Shown here one piece after another: positions 25,301 to 34,661 of a stretch of 40,975 bases of DNA. The notes under the pieces were generated by a model. It was not told the DNA's origin. It worked only from the letters and a program-made list of their open reading frames with translations, and searched no databases. The stretch covers positions 1 to 40,975 of the forward strand of contig CAVHZB010000011.1 of NCBI GenBank assembly GCA_963640555.1, written 5' to 3'. The position numbers and the translations under genes are program-made. This DNA comes from Phascolarctobacterium succinatutens (GTDB lineage Bacteria > Bacillota > Clostridia > Oscillospirales > Oscillospiraceae). Positions within the stretch are counted from its first letter, which is position 1. Each line of letters opens with the position of its first letter.

Positions 25301-26821
25301 TCATATATTCGTTCTGAAATCGTAGGTGCGATACTGTATCGCCTCGGCTATATGCTCAGGCGCTATTTCTATGTCACCGGCAAGGTCGGCAATGGTGCGC
25401 GCAACGCGCAGAATGCGGTCGTAGCTTCGGGCGGTCAGTCCCATACGGTCAAACGCCGAATGCATAAGCTCCTCGCACTCGGGCGTGAGGACGCAGTATG
25501 TATTGAGCGCCTTTGTGCCCATACCGGCATTGCTTGTTATGCCGGTGCCGGCAAAGCGCTTGTGCTGGATAAGCCGTGCGGCATCCACCCTGAGCTTTAT
25601 ATCGGCCGAGCTTTCCGCCGGCGCGCGGTTTTTAAGCTCCTCATATTCGAGCGCAGGTGCCTCGACTATAATGTCGATGCGGTCGAGCAGCGGACCCGAT
25701 ATGCGGCTGTGATATGCGCGCACCTCGTTTGCCGAGCAGCGGCAGCGCCCCGACGGGTGCCCGTACCAGCCGCATTTGCAGGGGTTCATGGCGCATACGA
25801 GCATGAAGCTTGCCGGAAATGTCTCCGTTCCGGCAACGCGCGAGACCGTTACCTCGCCGTCCTCAAGCGGCTGGCGCAGCACCTCAAGAACATCCTTGCG
25901 GAACTCCGGCAGCTCGTCAAGAAACAGCACTCCGTTGTGCGCAAGGCTTATCTCACCCGGGCGCGGTATCGTACCTCCGCCGGAGATCGCGGTGGGCGAC
26001 ACGGTATGGTGCGGCGACCTGAACGGTCGGGCCGCGATTATGGGGTTATTCTTTCCGGTGAGTCCGGCAACGGAATATATCTCGGTGGATTTGAGCATTT
26101 CCTCACGGGTCATATCGGGAAGTATTCCCGGCAGGCGCTTACTCATCATGCTCTTGCCCGCGCCCGGAGGTCCGACCATCAGTATGTTATGCCCTCCGGC
26201 GGCGGCGACCTCCATCGCGCGCTTGACATTCTCCTGCCCCTTGACATCGGAAAAATCAAGGTATCTGACCGACTGCGGATCTATTTCAACAGCCTTGACC
26301 GGCTTTATCATAAACTCGCCTCGCAGATGTGCAACGAGCTCCGACACATTCTCCACCGGATACACCGTAACTCCGTCGGCGTAGGACGCCTCCTGTGCGT
26401 TATCCGCCGGAACGAACAGCTCAGTTACACCCTCTCGTGCGGCGGCTACGGCCATGGGCAGTGCCCCGTATACCGGTCGGAGGGTACCGTTGAGTGAGAG
26501 CTCGCCGAAGAACGCGCTCGTCGGCGCGGGCTGGCGTATGGTACCGGTGGCGGCGAGGATGCCGAGCATTATCGGCAGGTCATACACCGTCCCGGCTTTT
26601 TTTGTATCGGCAGGCGCAAGATTTACGGTCACGCGGCTGACGGGGAACTTGAAGCCGTTTGATTTTATCGCGGCGCGGACGCGCTCGCGGGCTTCCTTTA
26701 CCGCCGCGTCCGGCAGTCCGACTATATCAAAATTAACAAGACCGTTCGACACGAACACTTCAACGGAAACTCCGTAGCCTCCGATGCCTTTAACGCCGAG
26801 TGACTTTATCGTTGCAAGCAT
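25301..26821 (-). CDS. comM: YifB/ComM family Mg-chelatase-like AAA+ ATPase
   Basis: 506 aa. N-terminal Lon-protease-like domain, Walker A VGPPGAGKS, LFLDELPEF, and a C-terminal Mg-chelatase ChlI-like region. Confidence 0.92.
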   Translation of the reverse strand: MLATIKSLGVKGIGGYGVSVEVFVSNGLVNFDIVGLPDAAVKEARERVRAAIKSNGFKFPVSRVTVNLAPADTKKAGTVYDLPIMLGILAATGTIRQPAPTSAFFGELSLNGTLRPVYGALPMAVAAAREGVTELFVPADNAQEASYADGVTVYPVENVSELVAHLRGEFMIKPVKAVEIDPQSVRYLDFSDVKGQENVKRAMEVAAAGGHNILMVGPPGAGKSMMSKRLPGILPDMTREEMLKSTEIYSVAGLTGKNNPIIAARPFRSPHHTVSPTAISGGGTIPRPGEISLAHNGVLFLDELPEFRKDVLEVLRQPLEDGEVTVSRVAGTETFPASFMLVCAMNPCKCGWYGHPSGRCRCSANEVRAYHSRISGPLLDRIDIIVEAPALEYEELKNRAPAESSADIKLRVDAARLIQHKRFAGTGITSNAGMGTKALNTYCVLTPECEELMHSAFDRMGLTARSYDRILRVARTIADLAGDIEIAPEHIAEAIQYRTYDFRTNI

Positions 26822-26847
26822 AATTTACCACCACTGCTTTATAGAAT

Positions 26848-26869
26848 AGGGACTGCTCGCGCAGTCCCT
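26848..26869 (-). terminator. Weak hairpin between aspS and comM
   Basis: AGGGACTGC-tcgc-GCAGTCCCT. The U-run is poor on both strands, so this is more likely a partial terminator or processing site. Confidence 0.35.
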
Positions 26870-26875
26870 GTTTCA

Positions 26876-28657
26876 TTACTCCTCTATGGGGCAGGTTATC
26901 GCTATATTGAGCTCGTCGAGCTGCTTCTGCTCGACGGCGGAGGGTGCGCCCATCATGATATCCTGAGCATTCTTATTCATCGGGAACGGGATTATCTCGC
27001 GGATCGAGTCCTCGCCGGCGAGCAGCATGACCATGCGGTCAACGCCCGGGGCGATGCCGGCATGGGGAGGCGCACCGTAGCAGAAGGCGTTGTACATTGC
27101 AGGGAACTTTGCCTTGACATCGTCTTCGCCGAGACGGACCATCTCGAACGCCTTTATCATGATCTCGGGATCGTGGTTACGCACGGCGCCCGAGGACAGC
27201 TCGACGCCGTTGCACACAAGGTCGTACTGATAGGCGGTGATGGTGAGCGGATCGACCTCGCCGCGTTCTGCCTTTTCGAGGATCTCAAGTCCGCCGTTGG
27301 GCATGGAGAACGGGTTGTGGCAGAACTCAAGCTCGCCGGATTCCTCGCCGATCTCATACATCGGGAAATCTACGATCCAGCAGAACTCATAGCGCTCCTT
27401 ATCCATATGTCCGGGCACGGCAGCGCCGAGCATTTTGCGCATTACGCCGGCCGTTTTCTGAGCCGTTCCCTTTTTGCCCGCGGTAACGCCGACAAGGCAT
27501 CCGGGCTTGAGCGAGAGATCATTAACAAGGCTGTCCTTCTTATCCTGAAGAAACTTCGCAACGCCGCCGGCGAGCTCGCCGTTTTCGTCTATCCTGAACC
27601 AATACGGCTTTGCGCCGGCCTGGACCTCAACATCGGTGCAGAGCTTATCTATCTGCTTTCTGGTGAGACCGCAGTCGGTGACAACGATGGCCTTGACGGT
27701 GTTGCCCTCGGCAAAGGGCGCAAAGTCGGTGCCGGAAACAAGCTCCGTTATGTCGTCGACAATGAGGTCTATGCGCAGGTCGGGCTTATCCGAACCGTAC
27801 TTCTCCATTGACTCGGTGTAGCCGATGCGGCGGAAGGGAGCCCTGTTTGAGACATTGTAAGTACCGAACTTTTCAAATATCGGCGGGAAAACATCCTCGA
27901 TGACCGCAAAGACATCCTCCTGACCGGCAAAGGACATCTCCATATCGAGCTGATAAAATTCGCCGGGAGAGCGGTCGCCGCGGGCATCCTCATCGCGGAA
28001 GCAGGGCGCTATCTGGAAGTAACGGTCAAAGCCGGAGGTCATGAGCAGCTGTTTGAACTGCTGCGGTGCCTGAGGCAAAGCGTAGAACTTGCCGGGGTGC
28101 TTTCTTGCGGGAACGAGATAGTCGCGCGCGCCCTCCGGTGAGGACGCCGTGAGGATGGGGGTGGTTATCTCAAGGAAATCATGCTCCATCATTGCCTTAC
28201 GCAGCGCCGCGACGACATTGCATCTGAGGATGATATTGCGCTTGACGGCAGGGTTTCTGAGATCGAGATAGCGGTATTTAAGGCGCATGGTCTCGTCCGC
28301 CTCGCGGCTGCGGTTGATCTCAAACGGCAGCTCGTTATAGCGGCAGCGGCCGAGCACCTCAAGCTTATCGGGAACTACCTCGATATCGCCGGTAGGCTGC
28401 TTTGGATTTTTGCTGGCGCGCTCGCGCACGGTGCCCTCTACGGATATGGTGCTCTCCTTGTTGATGCTCTTTATGAGCTTCATCATGTCCTCGGTCTCGA
28501 CAACGACCTGAGTCGTGCCGTAGAAATCGCGGACAACGACAAACGCAAAATTCTGACCTACCTCGCGGACATTCTCCATCCATCCGACGATCTTGACCTT
28601 TTCTCCGACATTTTCCATACGGAGCTGACCGCAGGTGTGTGTTCTTGACTGTGTCAT
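26876..28657 (-). CDS. aspS: Aspartate--tRNA ligase (bacterial type with GAD insertion)
   Basis: I place the start at ATG 28657 (GGAGGA SD 7 nt upstream, giving 593 aa). It has an OB-fold N-terminus (HTCGQLR..VGEKVKIVGW), class II motifs FRDEDARGDR and GAPPHAGIAPGVDR. Confidence 0.93.
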   Translation of the reverse strand: MTQSRTHTCGQLRMENVGEKVKIVGWMENVREVGQNFAFVVVRDFYGTTQVVVETEDMMKLIKSINKESTISVEGTVRERASKNPKQPTGDIEVVPDKLEVLGRCRYNELPFEINRSREADETMRLKYRYLDLRNPAVKRNIILRCNVVAALRKAMMEHDFLEITTPILTASSPEGARDYLVPARKHPGKFYALPQAPQQFKQLLMTSGFDRYFQIAPCFRDEDARGDRSPGEFYQLDMEMSFAGQEDVFAVIEDVFPPIFEKFGTYNVSNRAPFRRIGYTESMEKYGSDKPDLRIDLIVDDITELVSGTDFAPFAEGNTVKAIVVTDCGLTRKQIDKLCTDVEVQAGAKPYWFRIDENGELAGGVAKFLQDKKDSLVNDLSLKPGCLVGVTAGKKGTAQKTAGVMRKMLGAAVPGHMDKERYEFCWIVDFPMYEIGEESGELEFCHNPFSMPNGGLEILEKAERGEVDPLTITAYQYDLVCNGVELSSGAVRNHDPEIMIKAFEMVRLGEDDVKAKFPAMYNAFCYGAPPHAGIAPGVDRMVMLLAGEDSIREIIPFPMNKNAQDIMMGAPSAVEQKQLDELNIAITCPIEE

Positions 28658-28671
28658 TTCTTCATCCTCCA

Positions 28672-30027
28672 TTACTCTTTGATGACCGCAGCGCCTGCGC
28701 GTTCATCCATGTCCTTCTTTATAAGCGATGCGGCATCGGCAAAGCCGAGCTTCTGCTGACCGCCTGTTGCCATATTCTTCACCGCAACGACATTCTCGGC
28801 TATCTCATCATCGCCGATGAGGATAACATAGGGTATGCCGAGCTTATCGGCATAGCTCATTTTTGCCTTGAATTTTTTCTGCTCGCAGTAGAGCTGAGTG
28901 CGCACGCCGGCATCTCTGAGAGCCGTTGCCGCCGCAATTGCATAGCCGAGATCCTCGGACATGGGTATCACCAGCGCATCGGCAGGCGCGGAAACAAGCT
29001 CATCCGAGAGCAGCCCCTGCTCGTTCAAAACATAGAAAAGTCTCGTAAGCCCTATGGAAATGCCGACACCGGGCAGTTTTTTGTCGGTATAATAGCCTGC
29101 CAGATCGTCGTATCTGCCGCCTGAGCACACGGAGCCTATCTCCGGGTGCGATGTCATCTCGGTCTCGTAAACGGTGCCCGTGTAGTAGTCAAGTCCGCGC
29201 GCTATCGAGAGGTCGATCGCAAAGTTTTCCTCCGGAACGCCGAAGTCGGCGAGGTATTTTGTTACCGTTTTCAGTTCGTCAAGACCCTCGTCGAAAAGAG
29301 GATCCATGCCCTTATAGCGCTCAAGTCCGGCGATCACCTCGGCATTGGTGCCGTTTATCGCCATGAAGTCCATGACATCGTCGGCTTTGTGAGAGAACAT
29401 ATGCAGCTCGTCCATAAGGAGTCGGCGGACCTCGTTTGCGCCTATCTTATCGAGCTTGTCTACCGTGCGCATAATGTCTCCGGCCTTTTCACTCATGCCG
29501 GCAAGGCTGTAAAAGCCGTTTAAAAGCTTGCGGTTATTGACCTTTATCCTGAAGCCCCTGAGTCCGAGCGAGGTGAATGTGCGGTAGATGATGGCAGGTA
29601 TCTCGGCCTCGTTTATGATATCGAGCTTACCGTCGCCTATAATGTCGATGTCCGCCTGATAAAACTCGCGGAATCTGCCGCGCTGAGCCCTCTCACCGCG
29701 ATACACCTTGCCTATCTGATAGCGGCGGAACGGGAAGGTCAGGCTGCCGTAGTTTGCCGCGACGAATTTTGCCAGCGGAACGGTCAGGTCAAAGCGCAGT
29801 GCAAGGTCGCTGTCGCCCTTGTTGAATCTGTATATCTGCTTTTCGGTCTCGCCGCCGCCCTTTGCGAGCAGCACCTCCGACGATTCGATTATCGGAGTAT
29901 CCAGCGGAGCAAATCCGTAAACGGAATAGCTCTTTCTGAGCGTTTCCATCATTTTTTCCATCTTGATCTGGTCTGCCGGAAGCAGCTCCATAAAGCCGGA
30001 CAGTGTTCTCGGCGCAACTTTTGCCAT
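28672..30027 (-). CDS. hisS: Histidine--tRNA ligase
   Basis: 451 aa with class II motif 2 (RGERAQRGRFREFYQADIDIIG), GGRYDDL, and a C-terminal anticodon-binding domain. Confidence 0.92.
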   Translation of the reverse strand: MAKVAPRTLSGFMELLPADQIKMEKMMETLRKSYSVYGFAPLDTPIIESSEVLLAKGGGETEKQIYRFNKGDSDLALRFDLTVPLAKFVAANYGSLTFPFRRYQIGKVYRGERAQRGRFREFYQADIDIIGDGKLDIINEAEIPAIIYRTFTSLGLRGFRIKVNNRKLLNGFYSLAGMSEKAGDIMRTVDKLDKIGANEVRRLLMDELHMFSHKADDVMDFMAINGTNAEVIAGLERYKGMDPLFDEGLDELKTVTKYLADFGVPEENFAIDLSIARGLDYYTGTVYETEMTSHPEIGSVCSGGRYDDLAGYYTDKKLPGVGISIGLTRLFYVLNEQGLLSDELVSAPADALVIPMSEDLGYAIAAATALRDAGVRTQLYCEQKKFKAKMSYADKLGIPYVILIGDDEIAENVVAVKNMATGGQQKLGFADAASLIKKDMDERAGAAVIKE

Positions 30028-30051
30028 ATGCTCTATATCCTTTCAATTGCT

Positions 30052-30085
30052 AAATGCTGCTATCACGAAAGCGATAACAGCATTT
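30052..30085 (-). promoter_or_regulatory. 15-bp hairpin between mgsA and hisS that is fully paired only in minus-strand RNA
   Basis: On the minus strand: AAAUGCUGUUAUCGC-uuuc-GUGAUAGCAGCAUUU, with two G-U pairs that become C-A and A-C mismatches on the plus strand. No U-run follows. Confidence 0.5.
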
Positions 30086-30108
30086 GAATTTCATTTTGCA
30101 GACCGCGT

Positions 30109-30513
30109 CTACCTGCGCTTGGGATTTACGATATTGCGCCAATCGAGATCGCCGCGGCGCAGTCCCTGCACGAGCACCTCTCCGGTAGCCGCATTGGTCG
30201 CAAACGGGATCTGGTACTGATCGCACAAGCGCTCTATCTTATTGATATCGTCAAAGCCGCCGGGATTGGACGGATCGCAGAAAAACAGTACAAGGTCTAT
30301 CTCATTATAGGCTATCCTCGCGCCTATCTGCTGTGCTCCGCCCTGATCGGCATGGAGATACAGCGTTACCGGAAGCCCCGTTGCCTCTGACACAAGCTTT
30401 CCCGTTGTGTTTGTGGCGCAGACGGAATGCTCCGCCAGAATACCGCAGTAGGCTATACAGAACTGCACCATTAGTTCTTTTTTTCTGTCATGTGCCATAA
30501 GTGCGATGTTCAT
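30109..30513 (-). CDS. mgsA: Methylglyoxal synthase
   Basis: 134 aa from ATG 30513, with an AAGAGGAAAG SD. It starts MNIALMAHDRKKELMV. The 202-aa ORF-track version is an unsupported N-terminal extension. Confidence 0.9.
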   Translation of the reverse strand: MNIALMAHDRKKELMVQFCIAYCGILAEHSVCATNTTGKLVSEATGLPVTLYLHADQGGAQQIGARIAYNEIDLVLFFCDPSNPGGFDDINKIERLCDQYQIPFATNAATGEVLVQGLRRGDLDWRNIVNPKRR

Positions 30514-30550
30514 ATGCTTTCCTCTTTCATTCAAACTATTATTCCGATTA

Positions 30551-30579
30551 ATTATATACAATGTTCTGCGTACTTTCAA
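30551..30579 (-). promoter_or_regulatory. Sigma-A promoter upstream of mgsA (and probably hisS-aspS)
   Basis: On the minus strand: TTGAAA, a 17-nt spacer, then TATAAT. Confidence 0.65.
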
Positions 30580-30610
30580 CGCTTTTTTGACAATTTTCTC
30601 ACCTTTTTTA

Positions 30611-32698
30611 TCACTGAAGCAGTTTGCCCTCGGTATCGGTGACATCCGTAGCGGATTTGAGGCTGAAATACGCCTCGAGTATCTCCTGTGCGATGGGCGC
30701 GCAGTTTGCGCCCGCACCGCCGCGCTCTACGACGATGGCGATGGCGATCTCGGGATCCTCAAACGGCGCGTAGCAGATGAATATACCGTCGTTCGTGACC
30801 GACTCGCCCTTCTGGGCGGTACCTGTCTTTGCGGCAACGGTGGTCATCGTGTAGCTGCTGAGCGAGCTCTTTGCGACAAGGCGCATGCCCTCATGCACCG
30901 CGTCCCAGTTATACTGGGCGCTCTCCACGGTGCTGAGCACCTCGTCCTCGCGCTCGTACACATTTTCGCCGTAGTTGAAGCTGCGGACATATTTGAGTAT
31001 CGACGCGCTGTGGCGGGTACCGCCGTTTGCTATTGCCGCGCAGTACTCGGCGAGCTGGAGCGGAGTGAACAGGCTGTCGGACTGACCGATGGCCGCCTGC
31101 ATGGTATGGCCTATCGACCAGCTCTCACCGGTGAGCTCCTCATGGTTTTCGCGGTTTGCCATGTTGCCCTTGCTCTCGGGCAGCTCTATGCCGGTGTACT
31201 CGCCGAGTCCGAGCTTGGAGGCATAGAGATCGAGCTTGTCTATACCGAGATCGTGACCGGACGAGTAGAAGAAAATGTTGCATGAATGCTGAAGTGCGCC
31301 GGTAACATTGAGATAGCCGTGGTAGAGCTTCTGATTGTTCTGCGTGTATATCCAGCAGTAGGGCGCATATCCGTACTCGGCATAGCGCGTGTACTGACCG
31401 CGGCATTCGATCGTGGTACCGGTATTTATTATGCCCTCGGTAAGCGCCGCTATAGCGGTGCACGGCTTGAAGGTCGAGCCGGGCGCATAGCCGCCGAGCA
31501 GGGCTCGGTTGTACAGAGGCGAATTTTTCGCAGTCGATATTTCCGTATATTTGAGCAGCAGCTCGCTTGGATCGTAGGTCGGCCAGCTTGCTATTGCCAG
31601 AGGCTCGCCGGTCTTGACATTCACGACGACCACCGCAGCGCCTGTTATCTCATCTTCCTTTTCCGTATATGTTCCGTTGGCTATCTGCTCGTTTTTCTTT
31701 GCCTCGAGCTTTGCCGTTATCGACTCAACGCCGTTTTCCAGTGCAAGCTCCGCCGCCTCCTGAAGTGCGATATCTATCGTCAGATATACATTGTTTCCCG
31801 GCTCCGGTTCTTTTATATACTCCTTGCTGATAACCGTGCCGTCAGAGGCCGAGGTCGTGCGCACGGTGCCGTTAGTGCCGTGCAGATACTTTTCAAACGC
31901 AAGCTCCGCGCCGTCCTTACCGACAACCGCATCGGCGGAATAACCCTGCTCCTTATACTTTGCATAGTCGCTGTCGCTCATTGCGCCGGTATAGCCCAGA
32001 ATATGTGCCGCCGCCGAGGTGCTGTACTCACGGACATACGACTCCTTGATGTTTACGCCCTCTATCTTGTTCTCGCGCAGCGTTGCGATGAGCTTCATGT
32101 CGGCATCCTCAACGAAGATGTAGTCCGAGGTATTTATAAGATACCGGACGTTGACCGCATAGCGCACTCCGGCAATTATTCTCGCTTCCTCCGCGCTGTA
32201 GTTACTGTCGATATCATACCTTTCACGCATGCTGGAGAGTATCTCTACCGCACTCGCGTCCTCGGGCACATCGTTCTGCTTCATATAAGCATCCAGCCGC
32301 GCCTGATCCTGCTCGGTCACATTTTCAAACTCAAACGGCGGACTCTTTGTTATCGGCAGATCGTCGATGTAATCATCACCGTATTCGCGGATCATATTGA
32401 CGAGCTTGAGTATGGTGGCATTGGAGTCGACGCTGCCGTCGCTGGGGAAAAGCTCGTCGGTATTTATGGTAAGGTTATAGCACGATTTGTTTGTTACGAG
32501 CACTCTGCCGTAGCGGTCGAGAATGTTTCCGCGCGCAGCAGTAACGGTGCTCGTTGTCACCATGTTGTTGCGGCTTTCCTCATAATACTTTTCGCCCTCG
32601 ATTATTTGCAGCTTATACAGTGCGACAACATAAACGGTCAGCAAAACGGCAAAAATCGCGGTGAGCGCTATAAGTCTTTCTTTCTTGATAATATTCAT
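30611..32698 (-). CDS. mrdA: Penicillin-binding protein 2 (class B peptidoglycan D,D-transpeptidase)
   Basis: 695 aa. N-terminal TM anchor, PBP dimerisation domain, and the transpeptidase motifs STFK (APGSTFKP), SCN and KTGT. A GAGGA SD is present. Confidence 0.92.
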   Translation of the reverse strand: MNIIKKERLIALTAIFAVLLTVYVVALYKLQIIEGEKYYEESRNNMVTTSTVTAARGNILDRYGRVLVTNKSCYNLTINTDELFPSDGSVDSNATILKLVNMIREYGDDYIDDLPITKSPPFEFENVTEQDQARLDAYMKQNDVPEDASAVEILSSMRERYDIDSNYSAEEARIIAGVRYAVNVRYLINTSDYIFVEDADMKLIATLRENKIEGVNIKESYVREYSTSAAAHILGYTGAMSDSDYAKYKEQGYSADAVVGKDGAELAFEKYLHGTNGTVRTTSASDGTVISKEYIKEPEPGNNVYLTIDIALQEAAELALENGVESITAKLEAKKNEQIANGTYTEKEDEITGAAVVVVNVKTGEPLAIASWPTYDPSELLLKYTEISTAKNSPLYNRALLGGYAPGSTFKPCTAIAALTEGIINTGTTIECRGQYTRYAEYGYAPYCWIYTQNNQKLYHGYLNVTGALQHSCNIFFYSSGHDLGIDKLDLYASKLGLGEYTGIELPESKGNMANRENHEELTGESWSIGHTMQAAIGQSDSLFTPLQLAEYCAAIANGGTRHSASILKYVRSFNYGENVYEREDEVLSTVESAQYNWDAVHEGMRLVAKSSLSSYTMTTVAAKTGTAQKGESVTNDGIFICYAPFEDPEIAIAIVVERGGAGANCAPIAQEILEAYFSLKSATDVTDTEGKLLQ

Positions 32699-32729
32699 CT
32701 GCTGTCCTCACAGGGTATAGGGTGGGTTT

Positions 32730-33248
32730 TTATCTGTTCAGCACGGCTCCGCTCCTGAACGGGAGATACAGGAGCATCACCGGCGGTATGCTCAGAAGTG
32801 TTTGCAGCACGACGGTAAGGAGTGCCGGCACGAGCTCGGTATTGCCGCCCGTGAGCGCAAGCAGGAGCTGCGCCATGCCGCACAGGAGTATCGCGGCAGT
32901 GCTGAATATCATAAACGCGAAAAAGCTTTTGTTTATATAAAACTCTGCGGCAAAGCCCGCGCCGAAGCCGATCACCGGAAACAGGACGGTAAACAGCACG
33001 GTCGTCTCCGAAAACGCCATGTCGGTGAACAGACCGAGAAATATACCGAATACCGCGCCGCGCACACCGCCGAGGTATATGCCCGCCGCGACCGCAGCCG
33101 CGGGAATTATAAAGCCCTTAGCGCCGAATATGCTAATGCGCGAAAACAGCAGGCTTTGCAGCAGCATCACCAGCAGCATATAGACCGCATACTGAAATAC
33201 AACGCGGACCTTTTTCCATTCAAGTATCTGAAAAAGTCTGTTAAGCAA
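32730..33248 (-). CDS. mreD: Rod shape-determining protein MreD
   Basis: 172-aa polytopic membrane protein immediately after mreC. The start is TTG 33248, directly after the mreC TAA. Confidence 0.8.
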   Translation of the reverse strand: MLNRLFQILEWKKVRVVFQYAVYMLLVMLLQSLLFSRISIFGAKGFIIPAAAVAAGIYLGGVRGAVFGIFLGLFTDMAFSETTVLFTVLFPVIGFGAGFAAEFYINKSFFAFMIFSTAAILLCGMAQLLLALTGGNTELVPALLTVVLQTLLSIPPVMLLYLPFRSGAVLNR

Positions 33249-34097
33249 TTATTCCACCACTTCAAAGTCTTTTACAACGAAAACCTGCACGAGCGAGTTC
33301 AGGTCGCAGCCGGGCTTTACCTCGCCATACTCTATCTGACCGCCCGCCTCGGTCTTTACCGAGCTCACGGTCCCGATGACAAGTCCCTGCGGGAACGCGC
33401 CGCCCGAGCCGGAGGTCATTACCGTGTCGCCGGCGAACACCTGTGCGCCGTCGGCCAGATAGCTGAGCTTTACACTGCCCTCCTGCATCATGGCGAAATC
33501 GCCGACGAGAAGTCCGGAGGCGCCGTTTTCGGAGACGAGAGCACCGATGTTCGTATCGAGGTCTATGACGGTGGATACCGTCGCCCATGTGGTGCCGACC
33601 TCGGTGACCTGCCCGACCATCACGCCGTACTCCGTTATAACGCAGTCGCCCACGGCAATATCGGCGCTGCTGCCCTTGCTTATGGTGAACGAATTAGCCC
33701 AGTTGGATGTCGTCCATCCCACCACCTTGGCGGACTCAAGCTGCATATCGCTGTGCTTTTCCTTGAACTCAAGGAGCTGACGGAACCTCTCGTTTTCCTC
33801 TATCGCCGCCTGACCGTTGCGCGCCTGCTCCTGAGCCTCGGTGAGCTCCGCTCGCAGGCGTTCGTTTTCGGCGACGAGCTTGTCATATTCGTAAAGATAG
33901 CCGTATATGCCCTCAAGCCACTCCGCGACCGAGCTTACCATTCGCTGCACCGGCGCCTTTGCGGTACCTGAGATGTTCTGAAAAACTCCGGCGTTTCCCT
34001 TGAGAAGAAGCGAAGCGCCTCCGGCGGCAAGCGCTATGACAAGCACGATAACACCGAGCTTTATTCCGTTTTTCTTTAGATATTCTTTCACATTCAA
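33249..34097 (-). CDS. mreC: Rod shape-determining protein MreC
   Basis: N-terminal TM, a coiled-coil (LVAENERLRAELTEAQEQ), and a beta-barrel C-terminus. I prefer TTG 34097, which overlaps the maf stop as TTGA and has AGGAG 10 nt upstream. Alternatives are GTG 34091 and ATG 34142; the latter has no SD and would overlap maf by 49 nt. Confidence 0.85.
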   Translation of the reverse strand: MNVKEYLKKNGIKLGVIVLVIALAAGGASLLLKGNAGVFQNISGTAKAPVQRMVSSVAEWLEGIYGYLYEYDKLVAENERLRAELTEAQEQARNGQAAIEENERFRQLLEFKEKHSDMQLESAKVVGWTTSNWANSFTISKGSSADIAVGDCVITEYGVMVGQVTEVGTTWATVSTVIDLDTNIGALVSENGASGLLVGDFAMMQEGSVKLSYLADGAQVFAGDTVMTSGSGGAFPQGLVIGTVSSVKTEAGGQIEYGEVKPGCDLNSLVQVFVVKDFEVVE

Positions 34098-34660
34098 AGG
34101 ATCTTCACTCCTATTGCCCTGAGCATTTGTCCGAGGCTGCACAGCGGCAGTCCCATAACATTAAAGTAATCGCCCTCTATCCTGCGCACCATGAGTGCGG
34201 CCCTTCCCTGTATACCGTAAGCGCCCGCCTTGTCCATCGGCTCGCCGCTTTTTACATACGCGTCTATCTCGCTTTCCTCAAGCTCGCGGAAATAGACCTT
34301 GGTGCACTCGCTCCGGCACAGCGTTTTACCGCCGTATATCACGGTGACGCCGGTGTAGACCTCGTGCGCGGTCCCCGACAGCGCGGTGAGCATTTTTGCC
34401 GCCTCTGCGGGTGTTTTCGGTTTTCCGAGTATCCTGCCGTCTGCCCACACCACGGTGTCGGCAGCGATTATCAGACTGTCCGGATAAAGCTGCCGTACCT
34501 CCTGTGCCTTTGCCAGCGACAGAGCCTCCGCCGTTTTTGCCGGACCGATGCCGGTCGGCGCGTTCTCCTCACTCCTTGCGGGGCAGACGGTGAATGTAAG
34601 TCCAAGCGCTTCCAGCAGCTCTCTGCGCCGGGGTGAGCCGGACGCAAGCACTATGTCCAT
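34094..34660 (-). CDS. maf: Maf-like nucleoside triphosphate pyrophosphatase (septum formation protein)
   Basis: Starts at ATG 34660 with MDIVLASGSPRRRELLEALGL and contains AGAYGIQG. Confidence 0.9.
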   Translation of the reverse strand: MDIVLASGSPRRRELLEALGLTFTVCPARSEENAPTGIGPAKTAEALSLAKAQEVRQLYPDSLIIAADTVVWADGRILGKPKTPAEAAKMLTALSGTAHEVYTGVTVIYGGKTLCRSECTKVYFRELEESEIDAYVKSGEPMDKAGAYGIQGRAALMVRRIEGDYFNVMGLPLCSLGQMLRAIGVKIL

Positions 34661-34661
34661 A

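Noticed and set aside
25211-26497. A 428-aa plus-strand ORF antisense to comM. Similar long antisense ORFs occur at 31286-32758, 32802-33971, 18438-19745, 8045-8872, 22405-23460, 23628-24671 and 1743-2567.
   Set aside because: Each lies opposite a gene with clear family signatures. Each has an Arg/Gly/Ala/His-rich composition, lacks an SD-linked start and shows no motif. I treat them as shadow ORFs.
30514-30717. An N-terminal extension of mgsA to 202 aa that overlaps the PBP2 3' end
   Set aside because: The extension is basic and low in complexity. A strong AAGAGGAAAG SD and a TTGAAA-17-TATAAT promoter precede the internal ATG 30513. That start gives the canonical ~134-aa MgsA beginning MNIALMAHDRKK.
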